A stretch of DNA of 64,000 bases from Candidatus Omnitrophota bacterium (GCA_016198905.1 JACQHR010000002.1:1418-65417), one strand, 5' to 3'; shown: positions 1-9,965, counted from the first letter of the stretch. The notes: a model not told the origin generated them from the sequence alone. Numbers and translations are program-made.

Positions 1-1
1 G

Positions 2-1315
2 TTCCGAGTGCTAGCGCAGTCGCACGACACCAAGCACCGCGGACCCGACGACGCACAGCTGATCCAACTCGCCCGTCTGCGTCAAGCGGTCTCCCGCGCG
101 GCGGGCGCGGCCATGGTGGCGTGTTGGGATCAAAGCCCCGAGGCGGAGCGGTTTTCCGCGCTGCCCCATGTGGCCTCGATCGCCACGCGCGGACCCCTGA
201 CGCCGGACCATGTGATTCGCACGAAGCGCATTCCGGTCATCCTGGGCGCGCGTGTCGAGCAGAGCGTGGGGCGATACGCTAGCGCTTACCGCGAATATTT
301 TCAGCGGCACACGCACCGCGGCCTGACACCGCTGGACCCTGCCCCGCGCTGGGCGGTGTGGCGGCGCGCTGGCAGTATCACGTTTGGCCGCACGCTCAAA
401 GACGCGCGCATCGCCGCAGACATCGCCCGACAGACCATGCGCGCGATCCAATGGGCCGAAACGCTTGGCGGGTGGCGCCCCTTGCCGGCGCGGGATATCT
501 TTGAAGTGGAGTATTGGGAACTGGAGCAGGCCAAGTTGAAGCGGACCGGTCCACCGCCGGTCCTGCAAGGGAAGGTGGCGGTGGTGACTGGGGCGGCCAG
601 CGGGATCGGTCGAGCGTGCGCAGAGCTGCTGTGTGCCCAGGGGGCTGTGGTCGCGGCGTTGGACATTCATCCAAAGATTCAGAGACTCGCCGCTGCTTCC
701 GGCATACTGGGACTGCGTTGTGATGTTACCCAGCGCGCCCAGGTGGAGCGTGCGGTGCGCGCCATCGTGCGGCACTTTGGCGGAGTGGATATTCTGGTCA
801 GCAACGCCGGCATCTTTCCCCCCAGTGAAACAATCGCCGAGATGCAGCCGGCCACGTGGCGCCGAAGCCTGGCGGCCAATCTCCATAGCCACCAACTGGT
901 GCTGCAAACGTGCATCCCGTACCTGACGTTGGGCATCGAGCCGGCGGTGGTCATCATCGCCTCCAAAAATGTTCCCGCGCCCGGCCCGGGAGCGTCGGCC
1001 TATTCCGTCGCGAAAGCCGGCGCGACACAGCTTGCGCGCGTGGCAGCGCTGGAACTCGCACCAGTTAAGATCCGCGTCAATATCATTCACCCGGACCAGG
1101 TCTTTGATACCGGGATCTGGACGCCGCAGGTGCTGGCCCAACGCGCCCAGCGCTATCACGTGAGTGTTGAGGAGTACAAAATCAGGAACTTGCTTCGGAC
1201 GACGATCACGTCGCGCGACGTGGCGGCGATGGCGTGCGCCATGGTCGGACCCGTGTTCGCCAAAACCACCGGCGCACAAGTGCCGGTTGACGGCGGCAAC
1301 GACCGTGTGATTTAG
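2..1315 (+). CDS. Bifunctional class II aldolase / short-chain dehydrogenase (RhaD-like), 5'-truncated by the window edge
   Basis: TPDHVIRTK aldolase-type motif, EYWELEQAKL linker, TGAASGIG Rossmann motif, YSVAK catalytic YxxxK; frame open to window start. Confidence 0.85.
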   Translation, partial: FRVLAQSHDTKHRGPDDAQLIQLARLRQAVSRAAGAAMVACWDQSPEAERFSALPHVASIATRGPLTPDHVIRTKRIPVILGARVEQSVGRYASAYREYFQRHTHRGLTPLDPAPRWAVWRRAGSITFGRTLKDARIAADIARQTMRAIQWAETLGGWRPLPARDIFEVEYWELEQAKLKRTGPPPVLQGKVAVVTGAASGIGRACAELLCAQGAVVAALDIHPKIQRLAAASGILGLRCDVTQRAQVERAVRAIVRHFGGVDILVSNAGIFPPSETIAEMQPATWRRSLAANLHSHQLVLQTCIPYLTLGIEPAVVIIASKNVPAPGPGASAYSVAKAGATQLARVAALELAPVKIRVNIIHPDQVFDTGIWTPQVLAQRAQRYHVSVEEYKIRNLLRTTITSRDVAAMACAMVGPVFAKTTGAQVPVDGGNDRVI

Positions 1316-1340
1316 GCCGAGAGGGAATTCCTGGGACAGC

Positions 1341-2342
1341 ATGCGGTCGTTGCGATGGATGGGCATCGTGATCTTTGCCGGCGTGGTGGAGTTGGGTTTC
1401 GGCGTCCACTCGACCGGCTCCATCAACGTCGAATCTCCCCGCGAGCGTGAGGGACTCTTCACCTATCGGGTTCGCATCACCCAGCCTCTCCAACGCGCCG
1501 GCACGATCGATGTCTGGATTCCGCTGGCCAAGACAACCCGCGAGCAGCAGATCCTCCGCCGCCAGATTCACGCGCCGGTTCCGTACACAATCGCGCAAGA
1601 CCCGGAGTACGGGAATGACATCCTCCACCTGAGTCTTCAGCCGCCTCTCCCAGAGGGCTTCGAGGTCGCGATTGATTACCAGACTCATCTGGGGCTCGGC
1701 GAAGGCGCCGCCATCGACCTGCCTGCACCGGCCGATGAGCTGGCGCGCGAGCTCACGTCCCACGGACTCGTCATTGTGGACGACGAGGTTCGCACCAGAG
1801 CGCTCCACGCCACTGCTGGTCGTAGGACACCGATGGACAGAGCCCGAGGCATCTACGAAGCCGTGATCCGCCAAGTCAAGTACGACAAGAGCCTCCCGGG
1901 CTGGGGCCGAGGCGATACGCGCCGGGTGTGCCTGCTGGGGATGGGGAACTGCACCGACTTCCATTCGTTGTTCATTTCCATGGCACGGGCCAGCGGCATT
2001 CCCGCTCGCTTCAAGGTCGGCGTGGTGATCCCCCGAGCGCCCTCCAAAGTCATTCCCGGCTACCACTGCTGGGCCGAATTCTACCTGGAAGAGCGGGGCT
2101 GGGTGCCAGTAGATGCCTCGGAAGCTTGGAAGCACCCCGAACTGGTCGACTACTACTTCGGGGCGCATGATCCCAACCGGCTGCTCCTGAGCGTGGGCCG
2201 GGACATCCAGCTCGTGCCGCGTCAGCATGGCGAACCGGTGAACATCTTCTTCTATCCCTACGTCGAAGCGAACGGGCAGGTGGTTGATGGCGTGGAAACA
2301 CAGCTTATGTTTCGGGAGTTCAACCGGGAGGAGGGGGCATGA
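1341..2342 (+). CDS. Exported transglutaminase-like domain protein
   Basis: N-terminal hydrophobic segment; GNCTDFH (Cys), HCWAEFY (His), VPVDAS (Asp) triad. Confidence 0.85.
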   Translation: MRSLRWMGIVIFAGVVELGFGVHSTGSINVESPREREGLFTYRVRITQPLQRAGTIDVWIPLAKTTREQQILRRQIHAPVPYTIAQDPEYGNDILHLSLQPPLPEGFEVAIDYQTHLGLGEGAAIDLPAPADELARELTSHGLVIVDDEVRTRALHATAGRRTPMDRARGIYEAVIRQVKYDKSLPGWGRGDTRRVCLLGMGNCTDFHSLFISMARASGIPARFKVGVVIPRAPSKVIPGYHCWAEFYLEERGWVPVDASEAWKHPELVDYYFGAHDPNRLLLSVGRDIQLVPRQHGEPVNIFFYPYVEANGQVVDGVETQLMFREFNREEGA

Positions 2343-2857
2343 GACAGGGCGGAGTCTTGGTGGTCGCGATGGCGATTGTGCTGAGCGGGTTGTTCCTGGG
2401 GCGTTCACCGGTCTTTGCAGCCGAGCATGGGGGCAAGGAGCACGGAGGTGCCGCGACGCAAGAGCATGGAGGAACGGCGTCCAAGGAGCACGGCGGTCAA
2501 GCGGTGCAGGCGGAGCCGTCGGCTGAGCAGATTCGCCACACAATCACCGATTACGTGCAAAGAATCGCCCAGCCAACGGGGGCGTTTCCGATCACGGATG
2601 CCGTCACCGGAACGACGCGCCAGTTGGAACTTGTGCGGGTGCATGACCGGGTCGGCAAAACCGGCTCGCTGTACTACTCCTGCACAGATATGCGTGACAA
2701 GCAGACGGGCGAGCTGCTGGACTTGGACTTTGACGTTGAGGCCGAGGACGGCCAGTTGGATGTCGTGGACGTGCGAATCCACAAGCTCGAAGGGCGACCC
2801 CGCTATACGTACGATGAGCACGACAACCGGGTTCCGTTACAACCGACAGCGCATTGA
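2339..2857 (+). CDS. Exported hypothetical protein with four xEHGG repeats
   Basis: Signal peptide ending VFA-AE; ATGA overlap with upstream gene; GGAGGAGG RBS. Confidence 0.75.
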   Translation: MRQGGVLVVAMAIVLSGLFLGRSPVFAAEHGGKEHGGAATQEHGGTASKEHGGQAVQAEPSAEQIRHTITDYVQRIAQPTGAFPITDAVTGTTRQLELVRVHDRVGKTGSLYYSCTDMRDKQTGELLDLDFDVEAEDGQLDVVDVRIHKLEGRPRYTYDEHDNRVPLQPTAH

Positions 2858-2912
2858 TCCGAAGAGTGGAATCCCTTACAATGAGGAGCAGACCAACTGT
2901 TCATTCTTGAAG

Positions 2913-2956
2913 CTATGACAAAGATCATAGGAGCCGCGTCAAGGGCCGGGTAAAAT
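2913..2956 (+). promoter_or_regulatory. FNR/CRP-like palindrome plus -10 box upstream of the oxidoreductase operon
   Basis: CTATGA-CAAAGA-TCATAG (2913-2930) and TAAAAT (2951-2956). Confidence 0.55.
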
Positions 2957-2969
2957 TCCCCTTCTACCG

Positions 2970-3947
2970 ATGGCTACGTCTGTTCCATTCGAGATTCGGT
3001 TTGAGTCGATCGGAGGTCTTGGTGCGCATCTGGCCGCTCAGCTTTTGGCTGAAACGCTCGTGCTGCGCCAAGGCTTCAACGCCTCACAGTTCTCCTCGTA
3101 CGGCTCCGAGAAGAAAGGCACCCCGATCCGCTCCTTCATCCGCGTCACCGACGCGCACAAGCCGATTCGGGTCAGCAGCCCCGTTATCGAGCCGGATATC
3201 CTGGCGGTCTTCCATGAGGCTCTCCTGGCGCGCCGATCGACGCTGGCCGGGCTCAAGCCGAAGGGCGTCTTGGTGATCAATCGGCCGCGCGCCTCCACGC
3301 GGCCGCTGCCACGCGCCCACGTGTTTCTCGTGGATGCGATGGCGATCGCGGTGGAGGAGCGCACGCGCATCAACACCGCGATCCTCGGCGCCGTCGCCAA
3401 GGCCTGCGCCCTGATCGACGCGAAGGCGCTCGCCGCGATCTTAGAAGAACGCTTCCGCGGCAAGTCCTCGAAGCTTGCCGAGGCGAACCTGAAGACCTAC
3501 TGGCGCGGATATGAGGAGGCCGTGGAGCGGACGGTGACCGACGGGCTGGAGATCCCGCCGCCCGATGGCGCCACAGCCGCCCCGCGTTGGGGCTACCTGA
3601 CGGCCCCCCTGGGCGGGGCCATCCTGGAGCCCGGCAGCATGGTCGCCAACGATCTGTCCGCCTCGCGCCAGGGCTTTGCGCCACGGCTGAACCTGGCTCG
3701 CTGCACACACTGCGGCATTTGCGATCTCGTCTGCCCGGACTACTGCTTGGTGTGGGAAGCGCAGGAGGTCTCCACCTGTGTGGGGCCGGACCAGGTCGTC
3801 TGGGACCGCCAGGCCGCGCGGTTGGTCGGGATTGACTACCAGTTCTGCAAGGGCTGTCTGCGATGCGTCGAGTCATGTCCCTCGGGGGCGCTGACCAAAG
3901 AGCTGGAAGGATCATGGGTACAGGATGCGCGGGTGCCCCTATGGTAA
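2970..3947 (+). CDS. 2-oxoacid:ferredoxin oxidoreductase gamma subunit fused to delta (2x4Fe-4S) domain
   Basis: IGGLGA...YGSEKKGTP gamma motif; CTHCGICDLVCP and CKGCLRCVESCP ferredoxin motifs. Confidence 0.9.
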   Translation: MATSVPFEIRFESIGGLGAHLAAQLLAETLVLRQGFNASQFSSYGSEKKGTPIRSFIRVTDAHKPIRVSSPVIEPDILAVFHEALLARRSTLAGLKPKGVLVINRPRASTRPLPRAHVFLVDAMAIAVEERTRINTAILGAVAKACALIDAKALAAILEERFRGKSSKLAEANLKTYWRGYEEAVERTVTDGLEIPPPDGATAAPRWGYLTAPLGGAILEPGSMVANDLSASRQGFAPRLNLARCTHCGICDLVCPDYCLVWEAQEVSTCVGPDQVVWDRQAARLVGIDYQFCKGCLRCVESCPSGALTKELEGSWVQDARVPLW

Positions 3948-6265
3948 GACAACTCCACGCCAAGCGGCGGACACTCGCAACGGTCAGCGCGCCTCCCCTC
4001 GTTTCCCAGAAGGTGGAGTTTTTAAGCGGCAACGAATTGGCCGCCCTGGCCGCCTCGCAGATCAACTTCCATCTGATGGGCTACTACCCCATCACGCCCT
4101 CGACGGAAGTGGTCGAGCAGCTCAGCCGCATGAAAGCGCAGGGCCAGCATCAGATCGCGATGGTGCCGGCGGAAGGCGAGCACAGCGCGGCGGGCATCTG
4201 CTACGGCGCATCGACGGGCGGCGGGCGCGTCCTCAACGTCACGAGCTCCCAAGGACTCCTGTACGCGCTCGAGCAGTTGCCGGTGCAATCTGGGACGCGC
4301 TTTCCCATGGTCCTCAATGTGGCCACCCGCGCGATCAACGGCCCGCTCAACATCCGCTGCGACCACTCGGACCTCTACTTCGCGCTCAACACCGGCTGGA
4401 TCATCCTCCTGGCCAAGGATCCGCAGGCCGTCTACGACATGAACCTCCTCGCGGTGCGCATCGGCGAGCATCCGCGGCTGCGGCTCCCAGTCCTCGTTGC
4501 GTACGATGGCTTCTTCACGAGCCACCAGAAGCGTCGCGTCCACGTCTTCGACTCAGCGGTCGTGCGAGCGTTCATCGGGAAGCCCGCGCCGCCGTTCACC
4601 GCGCTGGACCCGGACAGGCCGGTGACGATCGGCCCGTATATGAACGACCCGGACCTCATCAACAACAAGTATCAGCTGAAGCTCGCCTTCGACGCGGCGG
4701 CGGAGGTGATCCCGGACATCTTCAAGGAGTTCGCCGCCCTCTCGGGACGGCGCTACCGCTCCGTTGAGCGCTACGCAATGGAGCGGGCCGACGCAGCACT
4801 CGTCCTGCTCAACTCTGCCGCGGAGACCGCCAAAGAAGCCGCGGACCTCCTACGACACCAAGGTCTCCGGGTGGGCGTCGTCTCCCTCAGCGTCTTGCGG
4901 CCGTTTCCTGCGGCCCAGCTGCGCGAGGCTCTGCGCGGCGTGAAGGCCGTCATGATCGGCGACCGGGCCGATTCCTATGGTGCCGGTGGCGGAAACCTCA
5001 GCCTCGAGGTGCGCGCCGCGCTGCAGGAGGAGCGCACGCGCCCGCGATGCCTCTCGCGCATCTATGGACTCGGCGGCAAGGACTTCACCGTCGAGGATGC
5101 CGTCGAGCTTACGCGCCAGGCCTTCGCGTCGCTAAAAGCCCCGCGGCGCATTCCGTCCTTCGACTATCTCGGTGCGACTCCAGGCGCCCCAGCCACCGTA
5201 GATGGCCACGACCGAGACGGCAAGGTTGCGCCTTTGCCGCTGACCGTCGAGGAAGTCAGCCGGCACCACGCGCAGCTGATGCAGGATCCGGTGACGAACC
5301 GCCTGACGGTGACGCTGGATCCGCTCTGGAAGATGGCGCCCACCCCGCATCGCGTGACCCCAGGGCATGGCGCGTGCCCGGGCTGCGGAGCGTTCACGAC
5401 GATCAAGCAGTTCTTCCGTATCCTGGACGGCCCGGTGATCGTGCTTTACCAAACGGGATGCGCCATGGTCGTGACGACCGGCTACCCGGCAACCGCGCAT
5501 CGCGTGACGTATCTGCACAACCTGTTTCAAAATGGCGCGGCGACCCTCTCAGGCCTCGTGGAGATGTACCATGAGCGGGTGCGGCGCGGCGAGCTGCCGG
5601 GCGTGGAAGACCCGACATTCGTGATGGTCAGCGGCGACGGCGGCATGGACATCGGACTCGGCGCAGCACTCGGCGCGGCGGTGCGCAATCCCCGGATGAT
5701 CATCCTCGAGTACGACAACGAAGGCTACATGAACACGGGCAGTCAGCTCTCCTACTCTACACCGATGGGTCATCAGACGAGCACGAGCCCAACCGGATCG
5801 AACAGCTTCGGCAAGAGCTTCCACCACCGGGATACCCCGCAGCTCTTCGCGGCCGCGGGCGCTGCGTACGTGTTCACCGCGGCGGAAGGCTTCCCGGAGG
5901 ACCTCATGAAGAAGGCCGCGAAAGCGCAGTGGTACGCCAAGCAAGAAGGGTTCGTGTACGGCAAGGTCCTCTCCGCCTGTCCGCTGAACTGGATGGCCCC
6001 GGATGATTCCGTGGCGACTGTCCTGCAGGCGGCGGTGGACTGCGGCTTCTTTCCGCTCTATGAAGTCGAGCGGGGCAAGACCGTCATCACGTACGACCCG
6101 GAGGCGCTGGGCCGAAAGCGGCCGGCACAGGAGTGGCTCGGCCTCATGGGCAAGACCAAACACTTGTTGACCCCCGAGACGTCATCTGTCGTAGCGGCCT
6201 TCGAGGCGGAAGTGGACCGTCGTTGGCGCCGCCTGAAAGCCAAGCACGAGCATCCGGAGCTCTGA
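3941..6265 (+). CDS. 2-oxoacid (pyruvate):ferredoxin oxidoreductase alpha-beta fusion
   Basis: YYPITPST and EGEHSA alpha motifs; GHGACPGCG, TGC, GDGG, DNEGYMNTG TPP-binding beta motifs. Confidence 0.9.
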   Translation: MVRQLHAKRRTLATVSAPPLVSQKVEFLSGNELAALAASQINFHLMGYYPITPSTEVVEQLSRMKAQGQHQIAMVPAEGEHSAAGICYGASTGGGRVLNVTSSQGLLYALEQLPVQSGTRFPMVLNVATRAINGPLNIRCDHSDLYFALNTGWIILLAKDPQAVYDMNLLAVRIGEHPRLRLPVLVAYDGFFTSHQKRRVHVFDSAVVRAFIGKPAPPFTALDPDRPVTIGPYMNDPDLINNKYQLKLAFDAAAEVIPDIFKEFAALSGRRYRSVERYAMERADAALVLLNSAAETAKEAADLLRHQGLRVGVVSLSVLRPFPAAQLREALRGVKAVMIGDRADSYGAGGGNLSLEVRAALQEERTRPRCLSRIYGLGGKDFTVEDAVELTRQAFASLKAPRRIPSFDYLGATPGAPATVDGHDRDGKVAPLPLTVEEVSRHHAQLMQDPVTNRLTVTLDPLWKMAPTPHRVTPGHGACPGCGAFTTIKQFFRILDGPVIVLYQTGCAMVVTTGYPATAHRVTYLHNLFQNGAATLSGLVEMYHERVRRGELPGVEDPTFVMVSGDGGMDIGLGAALGAAVRNPRMIILEYDNEGYMNTGSQLSYSTPMGHQTSTSPTGSNSFGKSFHHRDTPQLFAAAGAAYVFTAAEGFPEDLMKKAAKAQWYAKQEGFVYGKVLSACPLNWMAPDDSVATVLQAAVDCGFFPLYEVERGKTVITYDPEALGRKRPAQEWLGLMGKTKHLLTPETSSVVAAFEAEVDRRWRRLKAKHEHPEL

Positions 6266-6267
6266 AC

Positions 6268-7122
6268 ATGCCGCCGTTCCACGACACGCCACACACCTGC
6301 ACTGGTTTTCGCATCCTCAGCAAGGAGCGGCTCACCCCGGTCACGAACCGTTTCGTGTTGGAAGCGCCCTGGGTGGCGCGCGCAGCTCAGCCGGGGCAGT
6401 TCGTCGTCGTGCGGGTCGTCGAGGGCGGCGAGCGCATTCCGGTGACGATTGCGGATTTTGACGCGCAGGCCGGCACCGTCACCATTGTCGTGCAGGAAGT
6501 GGGGCGCACCTCGAGGCTCTTGTGCGCGCTGCAGAAAGGCGGCGCGGTCCTGGACGTCGTCGGGCCGCTCGGGGAACCATTCCGCGCGCTCAAGGGCAAG
6601 GTCGTGATCGGGATTGGTGGCGGCTTTGGGGCCGCGGCGCTGTATCCGATCGTCCGGGGGTTGCACCAGGCCGGGGTGATGACCGAGGCGATCCTCGGCG
6701 CGCGCACCAAAGAATTTCTCATCTTAGAGCGGGAACTGCGCGGCGTGTGTCGAGAAGTGCTGTCGTGCACCGACGATGGCTCGTATGGCTTCAAGGGGCT
6801 GGTGACCGAGTGCTTAACGACGCGCCTGCCGCAGCTTGGCGCGCGCGAGGAACTGGAGGTGGTGGCCGTCGGCCCTATGCCCATGATGCGCGCGGTCGCC
6901 GCGGTCACGGCAAAGCAGGGTATTCCCGCGCAGGTGTCGCTGGATCCGATCATGGTAGACGGCACGGGTATGTGCGGCGGCTGCCGGGTGACCGTGGGCG
7001 GCGAAGTGAAGTTCGCCTGTGTGGACGGGCCGATGTTCGACGCGCACCAGGTGGACTTCGCGGAGCTCGTGCGGCGCAACAAGATGTACAAGGCCGAGGA
7101 GGCGGCACTCAATGCCGGTTAA
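6268..7122 (+). CDS. NfnA/SudB-like FAD/NAD-binding 2Fe-2S subunit
   Basis: PGQFVVVR, ERIPVTIAD, DGTGMCGGCRV...FACVDGP. Confidence 0.9.
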   Translation: MPPFHDTPHTCTGFRILSKERLTPVTNRFVLEAPWVARAAQPGQFVVVRVVEGGERIPVTIADFDAQAGTVTIVVQEVGRTSRLLCALQKGGAVLDVVGPLGEPFRALKGKVVIGIGGGFGAAALYPIVRGLHQAGVMTEAILGARTKEFLILERELRGVCREVLSCTDDGSYGFKGLVTECLTTRLPQLGAREELEVVAVGPMPMMRAVAAVTAKQGIPAQVSLDPIMVDGTGMCGGCRVTVGGEVKFACVDGPMFDAHQVDFAELVRRNKMYKAEEAALNAG

Positions 7123-8533
7123 GCCCACCGCCAAGACCGGGATGCCGCACCAAGAGGCGCAGGCGCGAGCCCGCAATTTCGCGGAGGTCAACGCGGGCTA
7201 CCCCGACATCCGCGCGCAGTTCGAGGCGGGCCGCTGCCTGCAGTGCCAAGATCCCGTCTGTGAGACGGGCTGTCCGGTGCGGGTGCCGATCAAGGCGTTC
7301 ATCAAGTGCGTCGCAGACGGCAAGTTCCAGGACGCGTTTGAGCTGGTGAAGCACGCGCACCCCCTGCCGGCCATCTGCGGGCGCGTCTGCCCGCAAGAGA
7401 GTCAGTGCGAGAAATTGTGTCACATGGCCACGCGCTTTGAGCCGGTGGCGATCGGCCATTTAGAACGGTTCGTCGCGGACTGGGAGCATTCGCACCGCAA
7501 CGGGACTCCGCCGTCCCGCCCAGCACCCACCGGGCCGCGGGTGGCGATCGTCGGCGCCGGACCATCCGGACTCACTGCCGCCGGCGAGCTGGCGCGACTG
7601 GGCTACCGCGTAACGATCTTCGAGGCCTTGCATGAACCTGGAGGAGTGCTGCGCTACGGCATTCCGGAATTTCGATTGCCCAAGGCCATCCTCGATGATG
7701 AGATCGGACAGTTGAAGGCCCTCGGGGTGGAGGTTGTCTGTAACGTGATTATCGGCAAGACCCTTCCATTGGAGCAGCTCATGGGCCCGATGGCCTTCCA
7801 GGCCATCTTCATTGGAACGGGTGCCGGGCTGCCGAGATTTCTCGGCATTCCCGGTGAGAACCTCAACGGCGTCTATTCGGCCAACGAATTTCTGACGCGC
7901 ATCAATCTCATGCGTGCGTATGAGTTTCCCCGCGCGCATACGCCGCTGAAAGTCGGCAAGCGAGTCGCGGTGATCGGAGCAGGCAACACCGCGATGGACG
8001 CGGCGCGCAGCGCGTTGCGGATGGGCGCCGAAGAGGTGCGCGTGGTCTATCGACGCTCAGAGGTCGAGATGAGCGCGCGCGTCGAGGAGTACGCCCACGC
8101 CAAAGAAGAAGGCGTGATCTTCCAATGGCTGACGAATCCGATCCGCGTCCTCGGCAATGAAGACGGGTGGGTGACGGCGCTGGAGTGCCAGCGCATGATG
8201 CTTGGGCCGCCGGATGAGTCTGGACGGGCGCGCCCGATTCCCACGGATGAGCCGCTCGTGGTGACGCCGACGGATACCGTCGTGGTCGCCATCGGCACAC
8301 GACCCAACCGCCTGCTCACGAAGGGTGGGTGCCTTAAGACCGCATCCTGGGGCGGGCTCATCGTCGATGACGCCTCGGGAGAAACGTCGCAGTCGGGGGT
8401 GTTCGCCGGAGGCGACGCGGTGACTGGCGCTGCAACGGTCATCCTAGCTGCGGGAGCGGGACGCCGGGCCGCAGCGGCGATTCATGCGAAGCTGTCGGCT
8501 GCGCAAGACGGGCGGACATCAGTAAATGCGTGA
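7112..8533 (+). CDS. NfnB/SudA (GltD-family) NADPH-dependent Fe-S flavoprotein
   Basis: CLQCQDPVCETGCP, CGRVCPQESQCE, GAGPSG, GAGNTAMD, GGDAVTG. Confidence 0.9.
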   Translation: MPVKPTAKTGMPHQEAQARARNFAEVNAGYPDIRAQFEAGRCLQCQDPVCETGCPVRVPIKAFIKCVADGKFQDAFELVKHAHPLPAICGRVCPQESQCEKLCHMATRFEPVAIGHLERFVADWEHSHRNGTPPSRPAPTGPRVAIVGAGPSGLTAAGELARLGYRVTIFEALHEPGGVLRYGIPEFRLPKAILDDEIGQLKALGVEVVCNVIIGKTLPLEQLMGPMAFQAIFIGTGAGLPRFLGIPGENLNGVYSANEFLTRINLMRAYEFPRAHTPLKVGKRVAVIGAGNTAMDAARSALRMGAEEVRVVYRRSEVEMSARVEEYAHAKEEGVIFQWLTNPIRVLGNEDGWVTALECQRMMLGPPDESGRARPIPTDEPLVVTPTDTVVVAIGTRPNRLLTKGGCLKTASWGGLIVDDASGETSQSGVFAGGDAVTGAATVILAAGAGRRAAAAIHAKLSAAQDGRTSVNA

Positions 8534-9965
8534 CGTCAAGCCACGAGTGCAGCCGGCCCTCCAACCGGTGCCGGACCGATTGCGGAACTTCGATGAGATG
8601 ATCCAAGGCTACGCGCTGGAAGACGCTCTGGAGGAAGCCCGACGCTGCATTTTGTGCAAGAGCGCGCGCTGCCAGGGCGCCTGCCCCTTGGGCAACCGCA
8701 TCCCGCAGTGGATCGCCGAGCTCCAGCAGGGTCGGTTCGAGGAAGCCTACCGCATTATCCGCGAGATCAGCCCGATGCCGGAACTATGCAGCCGGCTCTG
8801 CCCGCAGGAGCGACTCTGCGAGGGCGCCTGTGCGCTGGGGATTAAGCACGAACCGGTGGCGATCGGCCTCTTGGAGCGGTTCGTGTGCGACCAGAACCGT
8901 GCGCGTCCCAACGGCGTCGACCCCACACCAGCCACGGCACCCATGACCGGCAGCAAGCGGGTGGCGGCGATCGGCTCAGGCCCGGCAAGCCTGGCCTTCG
9001 CCCAGGCCATGGCGCGCGCCGGACACCGGGTGACGGTTTTTGAGCGCTGGCCGAAGCTCGGTGGGGTTCTGCGGTGGATCCCGCGGTTCAAGTTGCCGTC
9101 GGAGCTCTTAGACGCGCATCTGGCGATGCTCACGCGCATGGGTGTGACGTTTTACACGAATACTGAAGTGTCGTGGATCGAGTCGCTGCTCACCGACGAG
9201 GACTTCGAGGGGGTCTTCATCGGCATCGGCGCCAGCCGCCCGTCCATGCCGCAGTTGCCCGGCGAATCCCTGAAGGGCATCTGTTCCTCAACAGAATTTC
9301 TGGTACGGACCTTCTATAGCCGCGAGGAACTGCCCAATGACTGGGAGCCCATCGCGGACGTGATTGGTCGGCGGGTCGTAGTGCTTGGCGGGGGCGACAG
9401 CGCCATGGATTGTGTGCGGACGGCCCTGCGCCTGAACGCTGCAGAAGTCACCTGTGCGTACCGGCGCGATGAGGCCAATATGCCAGGCAGTAAAAAGGAA
9501 GTGCGCGCCGCCAAAGAAGAAGGAGCCAATCTTCAGTGGTTGACCGCGCCCGTCGCGTTTCACTCCGACGACGGACGGAGCGTGTCACAGGTCGAATGTC
9601 TCCGCATGGAGCTCGGACCTCCGGATGCCTCTGGGCGCCGGTCGCCCAAGCCCATTTTGAACTCGGCGTTTCGCATGGAGGCAGACCTCGTGGTCCTCGC
9701 CTTCGGCTATGAAGTGGAATCGGTCTTCGATAATGAGCACTTCTTTCTGATGGCGCCCCCCAAGGGAACCGTTCGGGCCAACCCCAACACCGGGGCGACT
9801 GCCCTGCGCGGGGTCTTTGCCGGAGGAGATTGCGTGACCGGCCCGAATCTCGTTTGCACCGCCGCCCGCGCGGGCCTCACCGCTGCGCAGCACATGTTGC
9901 GTTACTTCGCGGGCGAGCCCTGGGACGTCTTGACCGCTGCTCCCGTCGTTGGCAGCCAAGCGTAG
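8526..9965 (+). CDS. Second GltD/NfnB-family Fe-S flavoprotein (tandem paralog)
   Basis: CILCKSARCQGACP, CSRLCPQERLCEGAC, GSGPAS, GGGDSAMD, YRRDEANMPGS. Confidence 0.88.
   Translation: MRDVKPRVQPALQPVPDRLRNFDEMIQGYALEDALEEARRCILCKSARCQGACPLGNRIPQWIAELQQGRFEEAYRIIREISPMPELCSRLCPQERLCEGACALGIKHEPVAIGLLERFVCDQNRARPNGVDPTPATAPMTGSKRVAAIGSGPASLAFAQAMARAGHRVTVFERWPKLGGVLRWIPRFKLPSELLDAHLAMLTRMGVTFYTNTEVSWIESLLTDEDFEGVFIGIGASRPSMPQLPGESLKGICSSTEFLVRTFYSREELPNDWEPIADVIGRRVVVLGGGDSAMDCVRTALRLNAAEVTCAYRRDEANMPGSKKEVRAAKEEGANLQWLTAPVAFHSDDGRSVSQVECLRMELGPPDASGRRSPKPILNSAFRMEADLVVLAFGYEVESVFDNEHFFLMAPPKGTVRANPNTGATALRGVFAGGDCVTGPNLVCTAARAGLTAAQHMLRYFAGEPWDVLTAAPVVGSQA

Noticed and set aside
11-1462. Long antisense and alternate-frame ORFs (e.g. 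11-1462, 1206-2543, 27741-28949, 57140-58690)
   Set aside because: Shadow ORFs expected in GC-rich DNA; they overlap well-supported genes and have no motifs
7112-9965. Glutamate synthase operon
   Set aside because: No large subunit gltB here; linkage to an NfnA-type gene favours Nfn/Sud
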